Shown in pieces: positions 11,194-21,310 of a stretch of DNA of 64,000 bases. The translations under genes and the position numbers were made by a program. The notes under the pieces were generated by a model. The model saw only the letters and a program-made list of their open reading frames with translations. It did not search any database and was not told the DNA's origin. Position 1 is the stretch's first letter, and every line of letters begins with the position of its first letter. This DNA comes from Glycera tridactyla (Eukaryota), in the NCBI GenBank assembly GCA_965644265.1, contig OZ286465.1, positions 89,652,001 through 89,716,000 on the forward strand, written 5' to 3'.

Positions 11194-13589
11194 AAGGTGA
11201 AAGTGGAAAGGTTAGAATGGAAGACGATATGTTTGTGTATGGAGTAAATGCCATGATATCGGTTGAGTCAGCTGACGGAGAAGTGACCGAAAATCTGGGT
11301 CAACTAAACACGATTCCTGTATATATATATGATGTTTTTCACCACGCCATGATTGATACGGGTGCTGGGGCAAATTGTCTCCGGAAAACTGTTTATGATT
11401 CTATTGATATGAAATGTGTTATGAATAAGAAGGATGTAAAAATTTTGAAGGATGCTCAAGGAAATGTCATTAAGGTGTTTGGATCGGTTAAAATTCCAGT
11501 GAAAATTGGGGGAATTGACCTTGAAATTCTTTTCTTTGTAGTGGAAACTATCCCATTTCCGGTCATACTGGGACTTCCTTTCTTGATAGAACAGGGGGCA
11601 GTTATTGACTATAAAGACAATCAGTTAAATTTGCCTACATCCTCAATCTCAGTAATTTTGGAACCCGTCGGAAATTTGCCTGTGACGTTGGAAGCAGCGG
11701 GTGATTGTGTGTTAAAACCGCATGCTATAGAACGAGTGAAGTGTGTGATTGCTGATTCGGGCGGGTTAAAACAGGAACTCAGCCCAGATCAAGTTTTGGA
11801 TGTGTCACAATTTTCAATTATGGGGAACCACGAAGATTTGATTTCATTGCCCGTTTTGTCAATACAACAACCAGATGGCACTTTCGAACTCATGGTGGCA
11901 AACACAGCTAATCATGAGGTTTCTCTTTCTGCACGAGAAATGACAGCCAAATGTAGAAAGAAGACAGTTCAGGTTGGGTTATGCCCTTTAAAACAGCCAG
12001 AATCCTTATGGATTGGACCCGAAGCACCCCGGGGAATTCAAGCAACAACTGAACAGGCAGACGTGAATTCTATCCAGGTCTTATGGCCTAAAATTCCGTT
12101 TGCTAATCCATTTGCAATAGCCGAGGAGAATGCCCATAGTAGGACTTTAGCTACTCAATCTGAAGTAGACATAAGAAATCAAACTCGTCAAGAGGTTTTT
12201 AAACCAATCAATTGGCATGATCTTGTTAAACTGGAACCCGAGGCTGAAATGTTCCGCACGAGACTGATTGAGATTGTAGAAGAACAGAGACCCGCATTTG
12301 CAATGGACCTTTCGGAATTGGCCGTTATTCATGACGTTGTACATCGCATTGAGTTAAAAGCAGACGCTACAGTAGTGAATCAAAGGGCTTATAAAATGCC
12401 ACCCGAACATGAAATGGAGCTAGAGAAACAAATAGGGAAACTAGTCGACGCTGGAATCCTAGTTCCCTCGCAATCTATGTGGGGCGTTCCTGCTTTTATA
12501 GTGTATCGGTACGATTCGCAGGGTAAACCCTTCCGTCCCAGATTGGTCGTGGATCTAAAACGATTAAATTCTATGATAGTTCCAGTGAATGCACCTATCC
12601 CTACCATAAATGATATAATCGACACGATCGCCGCGGGTAAGAATCGTGTGTTTTCCGTGGTTGATTTAGCATCGGCGTTTTATGCAGTACAGTTGTCTGA
12701 AGATAGTCAGGACATATGTTCCATTAACACCCGAAATGCTACATATACTTTCACAAAACTGGTGATGGGTTTGAATAATTCTCCCATTATATTTAATTAT
12801 TTAGTACAAAGATGCCTTTCTACACTAGATCCGAGGTATGTAGTCAGCTATATTGATGATATTCTCATCATGACTCCCACATATGAACAACACTTGGAAA
12901 TATTGCGGCAGGTGCTTTGGCGACTTCGTCAGGTAGGCCTCAGAATATCTCCATCCAAAGCAGAATTTTTAAAATCGTCTGTTAAATTCCTAGGCTATAC
13001 TTTCAATCGGCAGGGAGTACAGACAGACATGACTAAAATAGAAGCACTTGTTAAGATTCCCGCACCGCAAAATGTGAAGGAAGTGAGACAATTGATGGGG
13101 AGTTTTGGCTACTTCCGGCGATTTGTGAAAGACTTTGCCAAACTAGCTGCGCCGATTAACGAACTTTTGAAGAAAGACGAACCATTTGTTTGGACCGAGA
13201 AACGTCAACAAGCGTTGGATGATATTCGAAGGGGATTGCTCAAAAACGCCATTCTTTATTCCCCAGATCCGAACAAGCCATTTTATATTCACGTAGATGC
13301 AAGTGAACGCGCGATCGGCGCCGTGGTATCGCAGAAGGACATAAATGAGGTGACCAGACCTTGCGCTTTTATATCAAAGACACTGAATACCGCACAACAA
13401 AAGTATCATTCAAATGAAAAGGAAGTGTTAGCCTTAGTTGAAACATTAAAAAGCAGTGAAAATTACATAGGACCACAAACCCTAATCGAAGTTCAATCTG
13501 ATAATTTAACCACAGTGTATTTAGATAGTTTGACTGCTCGAACAGGGCGATTATATAGATACAAATGTATCTTAACCGATTTAATCTAA
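11190..13589 (+). CDS. pol: Pol part 1: aspartic protease, dUTPase-like spacer, reverse transcriptase, RNase H
   Basis: MIDTGAGAN (DTG 11355-11363), RLVVDLKRLN, VVDLASAF, MGLNNSP, YIDD (12849-12860), KFLGY, HVDASERAIGAV, EKEVLAL, SDN. Confidence 0.96.
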   Translation: MKGESGKVRMEDDMFVYGVNAMISVESADGEVTENLGQLNTIPVYIYDVFHHAMIDTGAGANCLRKTVYDSIDMKCVMNKKDVKILKDAQGNVIKVFGSVKIPVKIGGIDLEILFFVVETIPFPVILGLPFLIEQGAVIDYKDNQLNLPTSSISVILEPVGNLPVTLEAAGDCVLKPHAIERVKCVIADSGGLKQELSPDQVLDVSQFSIMGNHEDLISLPVLSIQQPDGTFELMVANTANHEVSLSAREMTAKCRKKTVQVGLCPLKQPESLWIGPEAPRGIQATTEQADVNSIQVLWPKIPFANPFAIAEENAHSRTLATQSEVDIRNQTRQEVFKPINWHDLVKLEPEAEMFRTRLIEIVEEQRPAFAMDLSELAVIHDVVHRIELKADATVVNQRAYKMPPEHEMELEKQIGKLVDAGILVPSQSMWGVPAFIVYRYDSQGKPFRPRLVVDLKRLNSMIVPVNAPIPTINDIIDTIAAGKNRVFSVVDLASAFYAVQLSEDSQDICSINTRNATYTFTKLVMGLNNSPIIFNYLVQRCLSTLDPRYVVSYIDDILIMTPTYEQHLEILRQVLWRLRQVGLRISPSKAEFLKSSVKFLGYTFNRQGVQTDMTKIEALVKIPAPQNVKEVRQLMGSFGYFRRFVKDFAKLAAPINELLKKDEPFVWTEKRQQALDDIRRGLLKNAILYSPDPNKPFYIHVDASERAIGAVVSQKDINEVTRPCAFISKTLNTAQQKYHSNEKEVLALVETLKSSENYIGPQTLIEVQSDNLTTVYLDSLTARTGRLYRYKCILTDLI

Positions 13590-15451
13590 AGTTGGCACAT
13601 AAACCAGGACGATTAAATCGAGTGGCAGATATGTTGTCGCGACTGTCTTATGATGGACAGCCAGAAACGTCCGAAGACGAAGAGCCCGATACATACGCAT
13701 TGATTAATGCGCCTGAATGGTTGAACGACAAATGTTCGACATCAGATTTCGATACGGTCGATGACTTAGCGCCGATTATTGAGTCAGATGACGAAAGTGA
13801 AGTTGAATCCCGCGAGAGACAATTTGATATGTTTGATGTATTTGAATCGCACGGAACCGACTGTGATAAACCACCTAGAAAAGACCCTGATTTGTCTCTT
13901 GAAAGCGATGAGGAAAACGTGGATTTAGAAGTAGGTAAAGAGCTTACAACAGAGCATGATCGGTTGGGATTTCTAACTCAAGATTCACAAAAGGTTTTGG
14001 ACACCTTAGACGAGTTGTTGGGTTTTGAAGATAGTTTTGACACTGAGCAACTCGGTGATATAAATGAACAAGAGTGTATCGATATTGCTCAAGAATTACT
14101 AAGAAACGCTCGTTTACTTGCTGCTGAACAGTCGGCAGATGCGGATTTTGGAGATATATATCAGTATAAGAAACATCGCGTTTTACCGGAAGCGGATACA
14201 TCGAGCCGTAGAGTATTGGCGGAAGAAGACAAGTTTTATTTGAATGAACTAGGCGTTCTTTATCGTAAATTTCACCCGCAACCAGGCGAGCGGTGTTATC
14301 ATCAGTTGATATTACCGATACGGCATCGAGCTCGAGTTACTCGATTGTTTCATCACGGATTACATGGTTCTCATAGAGGCTTTCATTCACTACTGTTTAT
14401 AGTGAGACAACGCTTCTTTTGGCGTAATATGTATGACGAGCTATTGCAGTATGTACTATTGTGTGAACAATGTTCAGCGGCAAAGCGAGACTATTCTCAT
14501 ATCAAGACGCCGCTACATATTCGACCTCCAGCTCGAATATTTGAAGTCCTGCATTTGGATGTGCTAAAAGTAGCTCCCACACCGTCAGGAGATCTCAAAT
14601 TGTTAGTAATTATAGATCGTTTCTCTAAGCATTTTGAGCTAGTTTGTGTTAAAAATGAGAAAGCCGACACCTTAGCATCAGCACTATTGAAAACCTGGAT
14701 CTATCGATTTGGTCCACCACGATTAATTGTGCTAGATAATGCGGCAGCTCATAGATCAGAGTTATTTCAGGCTATGGTGAGGCAGTTTGGAATTACACTT
14801 CGATTTATCACCAGCTGGCATCCGGCATCAAATGCGCAGGTTGAACGAGTACATTCGACAATCTTAACGGCCTTGCGAGCCTTAATGCTCGAATTTCCAA
14901 ACAGAACCTGGACTTCTTTTCTGGATCATATTAGATGGACTTGTGATATAACAACACACACTCATGGCTTCACTCCTTATGAGCTAATGTACGGTCTTGA
15001 GCCATATTTGACAGGGGATTTGAGTCATGAACCTCCTCTTATGCAAGATTTACCAGTACAACAGGCCTTAGGATATGTATGGCCAGATTTAATGGCCATG
15101 AGACAAGCCGCCGCAAGGAAAATGAGACTTGAGTCGGGGTATATGAAAGCCAGATATGATCAAAAACATAATGCTCGCTATAAAGGATATCAAGTTGGGG
15201 ATCGGGTATGGTTAAAGAAAATTAACCCAGACATACCGAATACTTATAAAATTGCTCCCAAATATATGGGACCATTCACTATTGTGGCTTCATCTCGACC
15301 GGGCTTTCATCAATTAAGACTTCTCAATCATACATTGAACAAATGTTTTCACGAAGAACGTTTGAAGCCCTATGTGCCTAAGTGCCAGGAGCAAATGCAA
15401 CATAGCGAATTTCGGAGGTCTCCGAAATTCCTGGCACTAATCAAAATGTAG
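13565..15451 (+). CDS. pol: Pol part 2: RNase H C-terminus, acidic spacer, integrase
   Basis: HKPGRLNRVADMLSRL; HHCC (HHGLHGSHRG...CEQC); D,D,E core (LHLDV, VLDNAAAH, NAQVERVH); GPY/F region (YQVGDRV...PKYMGPF). Joins part 1 if one base is restored at 13563-13565. Confidence 0.95.
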   Translation: MYLNRFNLKLAHKPGRLNRVADMLSRLSYDGQPETSEDEEPDTYALINAPEWLNDKCSTSDFDTVDDLAPIIESDDESEVESRERQFDMFDVFESHGTDCDKPPRKDPDLSLESDEENVDLEVGKELTTEHDRLGFLTQDSQKVLDTLDELLGFEDSFDTEQLGDINEQECIDIAQELLRNARLLAAEQSADADFGDIYQYKKHRVLPEADTSSRRVLAEEDKFYLNELGVLYRKFHPQPGERCYHQLILPIRHRARVTRLFHHGLHGSHRGFHSLLFIVRQRFFWRNMYDELLQYVLLCEQCSAAKRDYSHIKTPLHIRPPARIFEVLHLDVLKVAPTPSGDLKLLVIIDRFSKHFELVCVKNEKADTLASALLKTWIYRFGPPRLIVLDNAAAHRSELFQAMVRQFGITLRFITSWHPASNAQVERVHSTILTALRALMLEFPNRTWTSFLDHIRWTCDITTHTHGFTPYELMYGLEPYLTGDLSHEPPLMQDLPVQQALGYVWPDLMAMRQAAARKMRLESGYMKARYDQKHNARYKGYQVGDRVWLKKINPDIPNTYKIAPKYMGPFTIVASSRPGFHQLRLLNHTLNKCFHEERLKPYVPKCQEQMQHSEFRRSPKFLALIKM

Positions 15452-15453
15452 AT

Positions 15454-15996
15454 TTGACTGACACATTACGGGACACAGTAGAAAATAGAAATGTTTCAAT
15501 ACCGCCAAATGCTGGACTAAGGCAGGTTGGACAACGGCATGTTCCTTTATCGCCAGAAAGGGAAACTAATGTGAGGCCGGCGTTACGCCTTCGCGCCTTA
15601 CAAAAACAATCAGAATCAGATAGGTTGACCCAAAAGGATGATTTCGACAGAGATGGCACCCGTCCAAAACAGTCCTTCTCGGGTGGTACTAATAATAATA
15701 ATAATAATACTAACAAGAAACAACCAATTAGAATCCAAACTACATTTCCTCAAGCTAAGGAAATTACAATGAAACCTCCACGAATTGACACGATCAAGCA
15801 TGAGTTTCAGGAGTTGATTAAGATTTCTGCAAAACGTGTTGATTCCAACGGCTGTTATTTCTTATGTCATTGGAAGGGAAGAAAGCCCATCTGGATCAAA
15901 AAGGGAGAGATACCTTTAGATATATTAAAAGCCTTTGAAAGCGATGTGAGGGACAGACGTGTCACTCGCAGGGTTTTCTATTCGCCTGATAGTTGA
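15454..15996 (+). CDS. Integrase C-terminal extension ending in a chromodomain-like fold
   Basis: Frame open from 15406. ELIKISAKRVDSNGCYFLCHWKGRKPIWIKKGEIPLDILKAF (about 15811-15936) follows the chromo pattern xxI...R....yLvkWkG...tW....l...l..f. Confidence 0.65.
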   Translation: MTDTLRDTVENRNVSIPPNAGLRQVGQRHVPLSPERETNVRPALRLRALQKQSESDRLTQKDDFDRDGTRPKQSFSGGTNNNNNNTNKKQPIRIQTTFPQAKEITMKPPRIDTIKHEFQELIKISAKRVDSNGCYFLCHWKGRKPIWIKKGEIPLDILKAFESDVRDRRVTRRVFYSPDS

Positions 15997-16230
15997 ATGT
16001 GAGTGTGAATGACTCAATTCTGACGGGGAATAAGGTGTCTTAGAAAATAGTATATTCAGCCAGGTATTGAAGAAAGTGTCGCATGGTAACCGAAATATTG
16101 TCTGAAATGTTAAGAGTTAGGGCCCAACTCGAGGCATTTAAGGTACCTTGCTAGATGACTGCGGATGAGGATCCTCAGCTGGGGACAACTTGTTACAGTT
16201 GCCAGTAGTTTTAATTTTTGTATGTTGCAG

Positions 16231-18791
16231 TCAGGGTGACATCGAGAGTAACCCGACCTGGTATACGTGGAGGGACCACGTGGGTGTTTATTTGTACACT
16301 GCTCGTAACCTGCTTGATGGCAGAAGCGGTGATGGCCAGAGACGAGCTGAATTTAGATGGGATACCAGTAAATGTAGACCCAATCGAGAGATTGAATTTC
16401 AGGGCACTCTTCTTGCCATTGACGGGTGATTTCACACCAGCGACAGCCAATTACAAATTGCTGTTATTGTTGCCAGTGCCAAAATTTGACAAAGTTCAGG
16501 TGAAAATGTCAGATACGTTGATCAGATCCGAAAATAAATCACGTGGTTTTGTATGTGCAGGATTGCTCAATTTGGACCGGGGCACCCCTAGAGACGTGGA
16601 ATTGGGGGAGATATCCTGTAACTCTCTGATGTTAAGTTTGAGACAGATTCAGATGACCCAAGGAAATGTCACATCAGATCTTCTATCCGAAATGAATAAA
16701 CAGCTGCATCTGTTGAAAGGCAGCATTCCTGGTTTTGACTACAAAACACGCAAAGCACGTGAAACCTCTTCTTCTCAAGTACCTGATTGTGATCGTCGGG
16801 AAACGTTGGTTGATCGGTTGACTTGTTGGCATGGAGTCCTGTCGGCTGGCAATCTCGAGAACTTCCAATCTCGAAGCAAAAGACAAGTTCCGGAAAAAGA
16901 TAACACTTTGAATTTACAGTCTTGGCTGGACAAGATTCTTAGGGTGTCGAAACAAGCTAAAAGAGTGGAAAATTTGATAACGTATTCAAAATTACATCAA
17001 CTTATGGTGACCAGTCCCACCAGAAGAAAAAGAGCACTTTTCGGCTTTGTAGGCAAGATTTCAAGAGCATTATTTGGGACTGCAACCTCTGATGACATTC
17101 GGGAGTTAAAGCTAGCTATACATGATTTGAATTTTGGCTCTATGTCCACAGCAGCTCATTTGAAAGCTTTTCAACGATCGACCATAGCATTCTCGAAGGC
17201 CACTAATGATCAATTGCAACAGATACAACACACCATGCATGATATACAGAATACATTTGACCATTTGATTCAATATAACATGATGGAGATCTCGAAGGCA
17301 ATGTACGCCAACGTAGCTCTTTTGTCTATGATGATACAGGACATACAATTGGTAGGTCGAGAAATGGCCTCTTTTATGGATGGTTTGCGCGCATTGTTGA
17401 AGGGGGAGTTGTCACCTACCTTGATTGATGAGTATACATTGTATGATGCCTTGTCTGACCTTGCTGATGTGGTTGCACGAAATCATTCAACCTTTAGATT
17501 GGTTGAAACGGACCCTGTATATTATTATAAACGTGCTCGTGTCAAGTATGAGTGGATAAACGACACATTGGTGATATATTTGAATGTACCGTTGACGTCA
17601 ACTGTTACGCGTTTCAGACTGTATAAGATGACAACTTTCAGAGTGCCAGTGGCACAAAATGAATCCATTACTACTCGTCCAATTGTGGAACGAACTATAT
17701 TTGGTTTGTCACATGATCATACACGATTCCTTGAGATGTTGGAGTCTGACTTTGTGTCTTGTACACAGACACCTACAGTTCGATGTCAGCAGGCCATGGT
17801 AATACATGATGCATACCATCCAACATGTGCGATGAGTTTATTTTCAGGCGACAGGGGTGATATAGATAAATATTGCACATTTCGTCTGGAAATGGCGGTA
17901 CCATATTTGAACATTCAAACCTCGTCCCCAGGACGTTTAATAGTCTCCAATGCACAGTCGATCTCGGTCACATGCCCGGGGCGTTCTCCTGTGGTCAGGC
18001 AGGGTTGCATGTTTTGTGTAATTAATCAGCCCTGCAATTGCCAAGTTACTGGGTTAGATGAAGATTCAAGAACAGTAACAGTAACACCAATTTTAAAGGG
18101 TTGTATTTTGGATTCATGGAAATACGAAATGCAGTATCCTGTCAATATTCCTGTATTGTCCAGACTTCTGAATCCTGATCAGTTTGAAAAACTGGCTGTC
18201 AATAGATATGTCTCTAATTGGCAGAAAGTTCCGCAAGTATCGTTCAATATTGAACCTCTATCTCAGCAGCTCAGTTTGAGTGAAAGAGTTGACTTCGGAA
18301 TGGACCTAGATAGAGCAATCAAGCAGATGCAGGAAGATGAACGTTTGACGGTCATTCCACCTAGAGTGAAATTTCAAAATTCTCATTCATGGGTGATTCG
18401 TTTGTGTATCGGGATAACGGTTGTTGTTCTCGTAGTTGTTGTGGTTTTAGGAGTTATTTTGGCGATCTGGTGTAAGAAGACTAACTTTCGTCTGCTGCGC
18501 AAAATTTGTGATTGCAGACGTATTTTCAGTAAAAGAACAACAGCCACCGCACAAACAACGGCAGGAATCGAATTGTTGAATCTGGCAACCACCGCAATGG
18601 AAGAAATGCGGCCTGTCCGAAAGAGACCGAGTTCACCTATATTGGGCACACATTCTGATAATTATGAACCGATAATAACTACTGAACCTGTGAGCGTGTC
18701 AAGCAGATCTGTATTGCCACCTCCTACACCAAAGCCTAGTATCCGAACCAATCCAAAGGTAATGCGTATTGGTCAGGATAAACCTTCCTAA
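16231..18791 (+). CDS. env: Env, class I F-type fusion glycoprotein (main exon)
   Basis: Signal-peptide hydrophobic core WVFICTLLVTCL; furin site RRKR followed by fusion peptide ALFGFVGKISRALFGTATSDD; heptad repeats; Cys-rich region; N-glycosylation sequons NVT, NHS, NDT, NES; TM at about 18390-18473; ~105 aa tail. Confidence 0.92.
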
Positions 18792-20485
18792 GAAGGCTAC
18801 ATTATGTTCATGATATTACATTGACGTGCTCCAACCTTGTCCCACCTAGATACCTTTTCCGCTGTTTTGTATGCCACCCTTATGTTTTGGGACTAGCGAT
18901 AACGCAAAGTGGTCCTTACGAAGGGACGATTTAGCAATACAATGGCGATGTAACGGTTTATTTATTTTTCGTTTTCATAGTGGTTCTCCGCTGCTGGAGA
19001 TCGATTCTTGCAATTAGCGACCACAAACTTTACGCCTGCAAGAGTCGACTCTGATGGCCAGAAAATCAAATAGAGGGACTTGTGGAAGGTACGTTGACGC
19101 GTTGCAAGAGTCAGGTGTGGTAGACCTGACTGCCACACATGAATCAGGCAGCTCTTGCCAATCTTCCATATTGATCCCGCCCAGTTGTTTAGGTTGGGGA
19201 AGTATATTATTAAAGGTTTTGGACGCACGTAAACTGGATTGCTAATACATTTGTCAACTTTTTATGTTTTGTATATATATATTTAGTCGTTGTGTTTCGT
19301 GTTGTGCTGCATTATTCTGAGTGTCGGGCATGACGCGGAAGGTGAGAAGGAGTGAGGGCATTTTATTTGTTAAAATGTCATGGAATGTGAACTGAAAGTA
19401 TGGTGTGAGAGGAAACTTGTCCCTTTCGTGTCCTGTCTGTGCTCTCGAATATCTTATAACGCAGAAAAGGGAAAACATTGTTGGTTTAATTTGTTTCTTG
19501 GGTTTCTTCATTTATGGACACGACATTTTCGTGTGCGTAATAAGCAGCACATGTCATCACCACCGATAAATATGTCTTCGCGTGACCGCGCCTATGTAAT
19601 TGTTTAACCGATATGTAGTTGACATTGACAACATGTCTGTAAACCTAGACGTATCAACACCTTTTTCTAAGGCTACATGGCGCCAAACTCCTTGATTGAT
19701 GACATGGAAATGTTATTTCATGTCGCACAATGTTATCGGGAGGAAATCATGAGACATTCTTGGTCGAACACCATGTCATGATAGGGGGATTTTGGTGATA
19801 ATTGTAAAAATTCTTTGTTTTCTCTTGAAAGTTCATATTACGGGTAGTTTATTTGATTCGTATTGGGTTGTATAATCACTTGTGTTATTCAAAGTGGTTA
19901 AGCATTACGTAGCTAATCATGTGCAGCATGCCTTAGAACGATGAGGGGTGATGGACAAGATGACTGGACAAGTCCATCGTTCCTATATGGCGATAAGCAT
20001 TGTTTGGTTCATACTGAACTTTTCGGAATAAGAACGTATAAAGAAGTTCTTGCATATGTGCTATGATGCGTTGCTTGCTTGCTGGTATTGATCCTTCAAT
20101 GGAATACTGACTAATCATTTTTATGTCTTGCTTTTCAGACAGTTTGTAATAATAAAATTGCGGAAATCGTTCCTGTTGACCGTACCCTCCCTTCTCCTGT
20201 GATTCCGACTCTGTTTGATGCCGCTCCGTCCAGGTTGGCCCAAGGGTGGTCCAATCGGGAATGTGGGGGAGACATGGAGTGGAGCCGGATCACGAGCCGG
20301 ATCAGTAGACTGTCGGTACTGTGGGGCAGCACATGATGAAATACACCAAAAAAAAAAAAAAAAAAAAAAAAAATTTTTTTCATACATTTTATTTTATTTT
20401 ATTTAGTATTACTATTTTTAATTTTATTGTATCTTAATTGAAAAATCAAAATGCATTGATTGTTTTTGGAGGACCAAAAAATCTC

Positions 20486-20496
20486 GGGAAGGGGCG
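20486..20496 (+). promoter_or_regulatory. Polypurine tract
   Basis: GGGAAGGGGCG immediately before the 3' LTR. Confidence 0.8.
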
Positions 20497-21014
20497 TATT
20501 TCATATATTCATTTCTCAATATGACTGAAAATTGTATTAAGTCGAAATAATATTCAGATTCGAGACGAGAATCGAGTATAACCGAGAATAAGATATTTCA
20601 GGATTAATCATATTGGGGTGACAAGTACCACCCAACCCATTAGCCAATAAGCACAATAAGGGGAGGGATTAGTCCGGATATATAAGAGCGTGCAAGGCGG
20701 CGGCACAGCGAGGTTGCATCGGTGTGCCCCAGTCTTACCACACAAAAGGAGTGGGCTCAAAAGAGTCCTTCTCTGGCTTCCTCCATCATGCGAAGGGTAC
20801 TGCATGTGTTTCGATATAGACTTTCGTTGAACACGTGATTTTGATAATTTCGTCATTTCATCGTGGGTCAGTTGCCATAGTCCGGAAGATTCCTACCTCT
20901 CACAATCCCCGTGGTCACAGGATATTCCGTTGAAGGTTATTACAGTGTGAGTTGTTTGTTCGAATGGATGATGGTAGAAATTCAGTGGTCCGCTGAGGGC
21001 CACGATACCAAATA
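20497..21014 (+). repeat. 3' LTR
   Basis: 514 of 518 positions identical to the 5' LTR by manual comparison. Confidence 0.95.
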
Positions 21015-21254
21015 TAGTGATGCAGAATATCATAGGCTCATTATGGAAATGTGTACCGCTGGGAATTCTCCTCACTGAATTTATTCTGTCATTCATCTTC
21101 ATTCTTTACCAGGACTGAGTTTTCTGCGAAAACAGACTAGAGAGGCACTCGGCATTTTTGTTTGCGTTCATTCTTATCTTGAAGGTCGCTGCTGTCGCAG
21201 CCGCCTCGGCAGCTGTGTACATTCCGTGTGAATATAGTGTATGTTCCCTTCCAG

Positions 21255-21310
21255 TTGATGTCTTGAAGCATATAGGCAGGCTAACTGTGCCGGCCGGTCA
21301 ATGCTTACAG
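21255..21310 (+). CDS. Possible short host exon (DVLKHIGRLTVPAGQCLQ)
   Basis: Acceptor TGTTCCCTTCCAG and donor CAG|GTATGG with an open frame. No partner exon identified. Confidence 0.25.

Larger units (their letters stand above)
8027..21014 (+). mobile_element. Env-carrying Ty3/Gypsy LTR retrotransposon (errantivirus-like endogenous retrovirus), ~13.0 kb
   Basis: Paired 518-bp LTRs, PBS, PPT, gag with CCHC knuckles, PR-RT-RH-IN order typical of Gypsy, and an env ORF. Confidence 0.97.

Noticed and set aside
13555-13589. Programmed frameshift inside RNase H
   Set aside because: No slippery heptamer. A one-base loss in AAAA restores the conserved motif spacing exactly.
8761-17955. Short antisense or alternate-frame ORFs within gag, pol and env
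   Set aside because: Shadow ORFs of long coding frames with no motifs.
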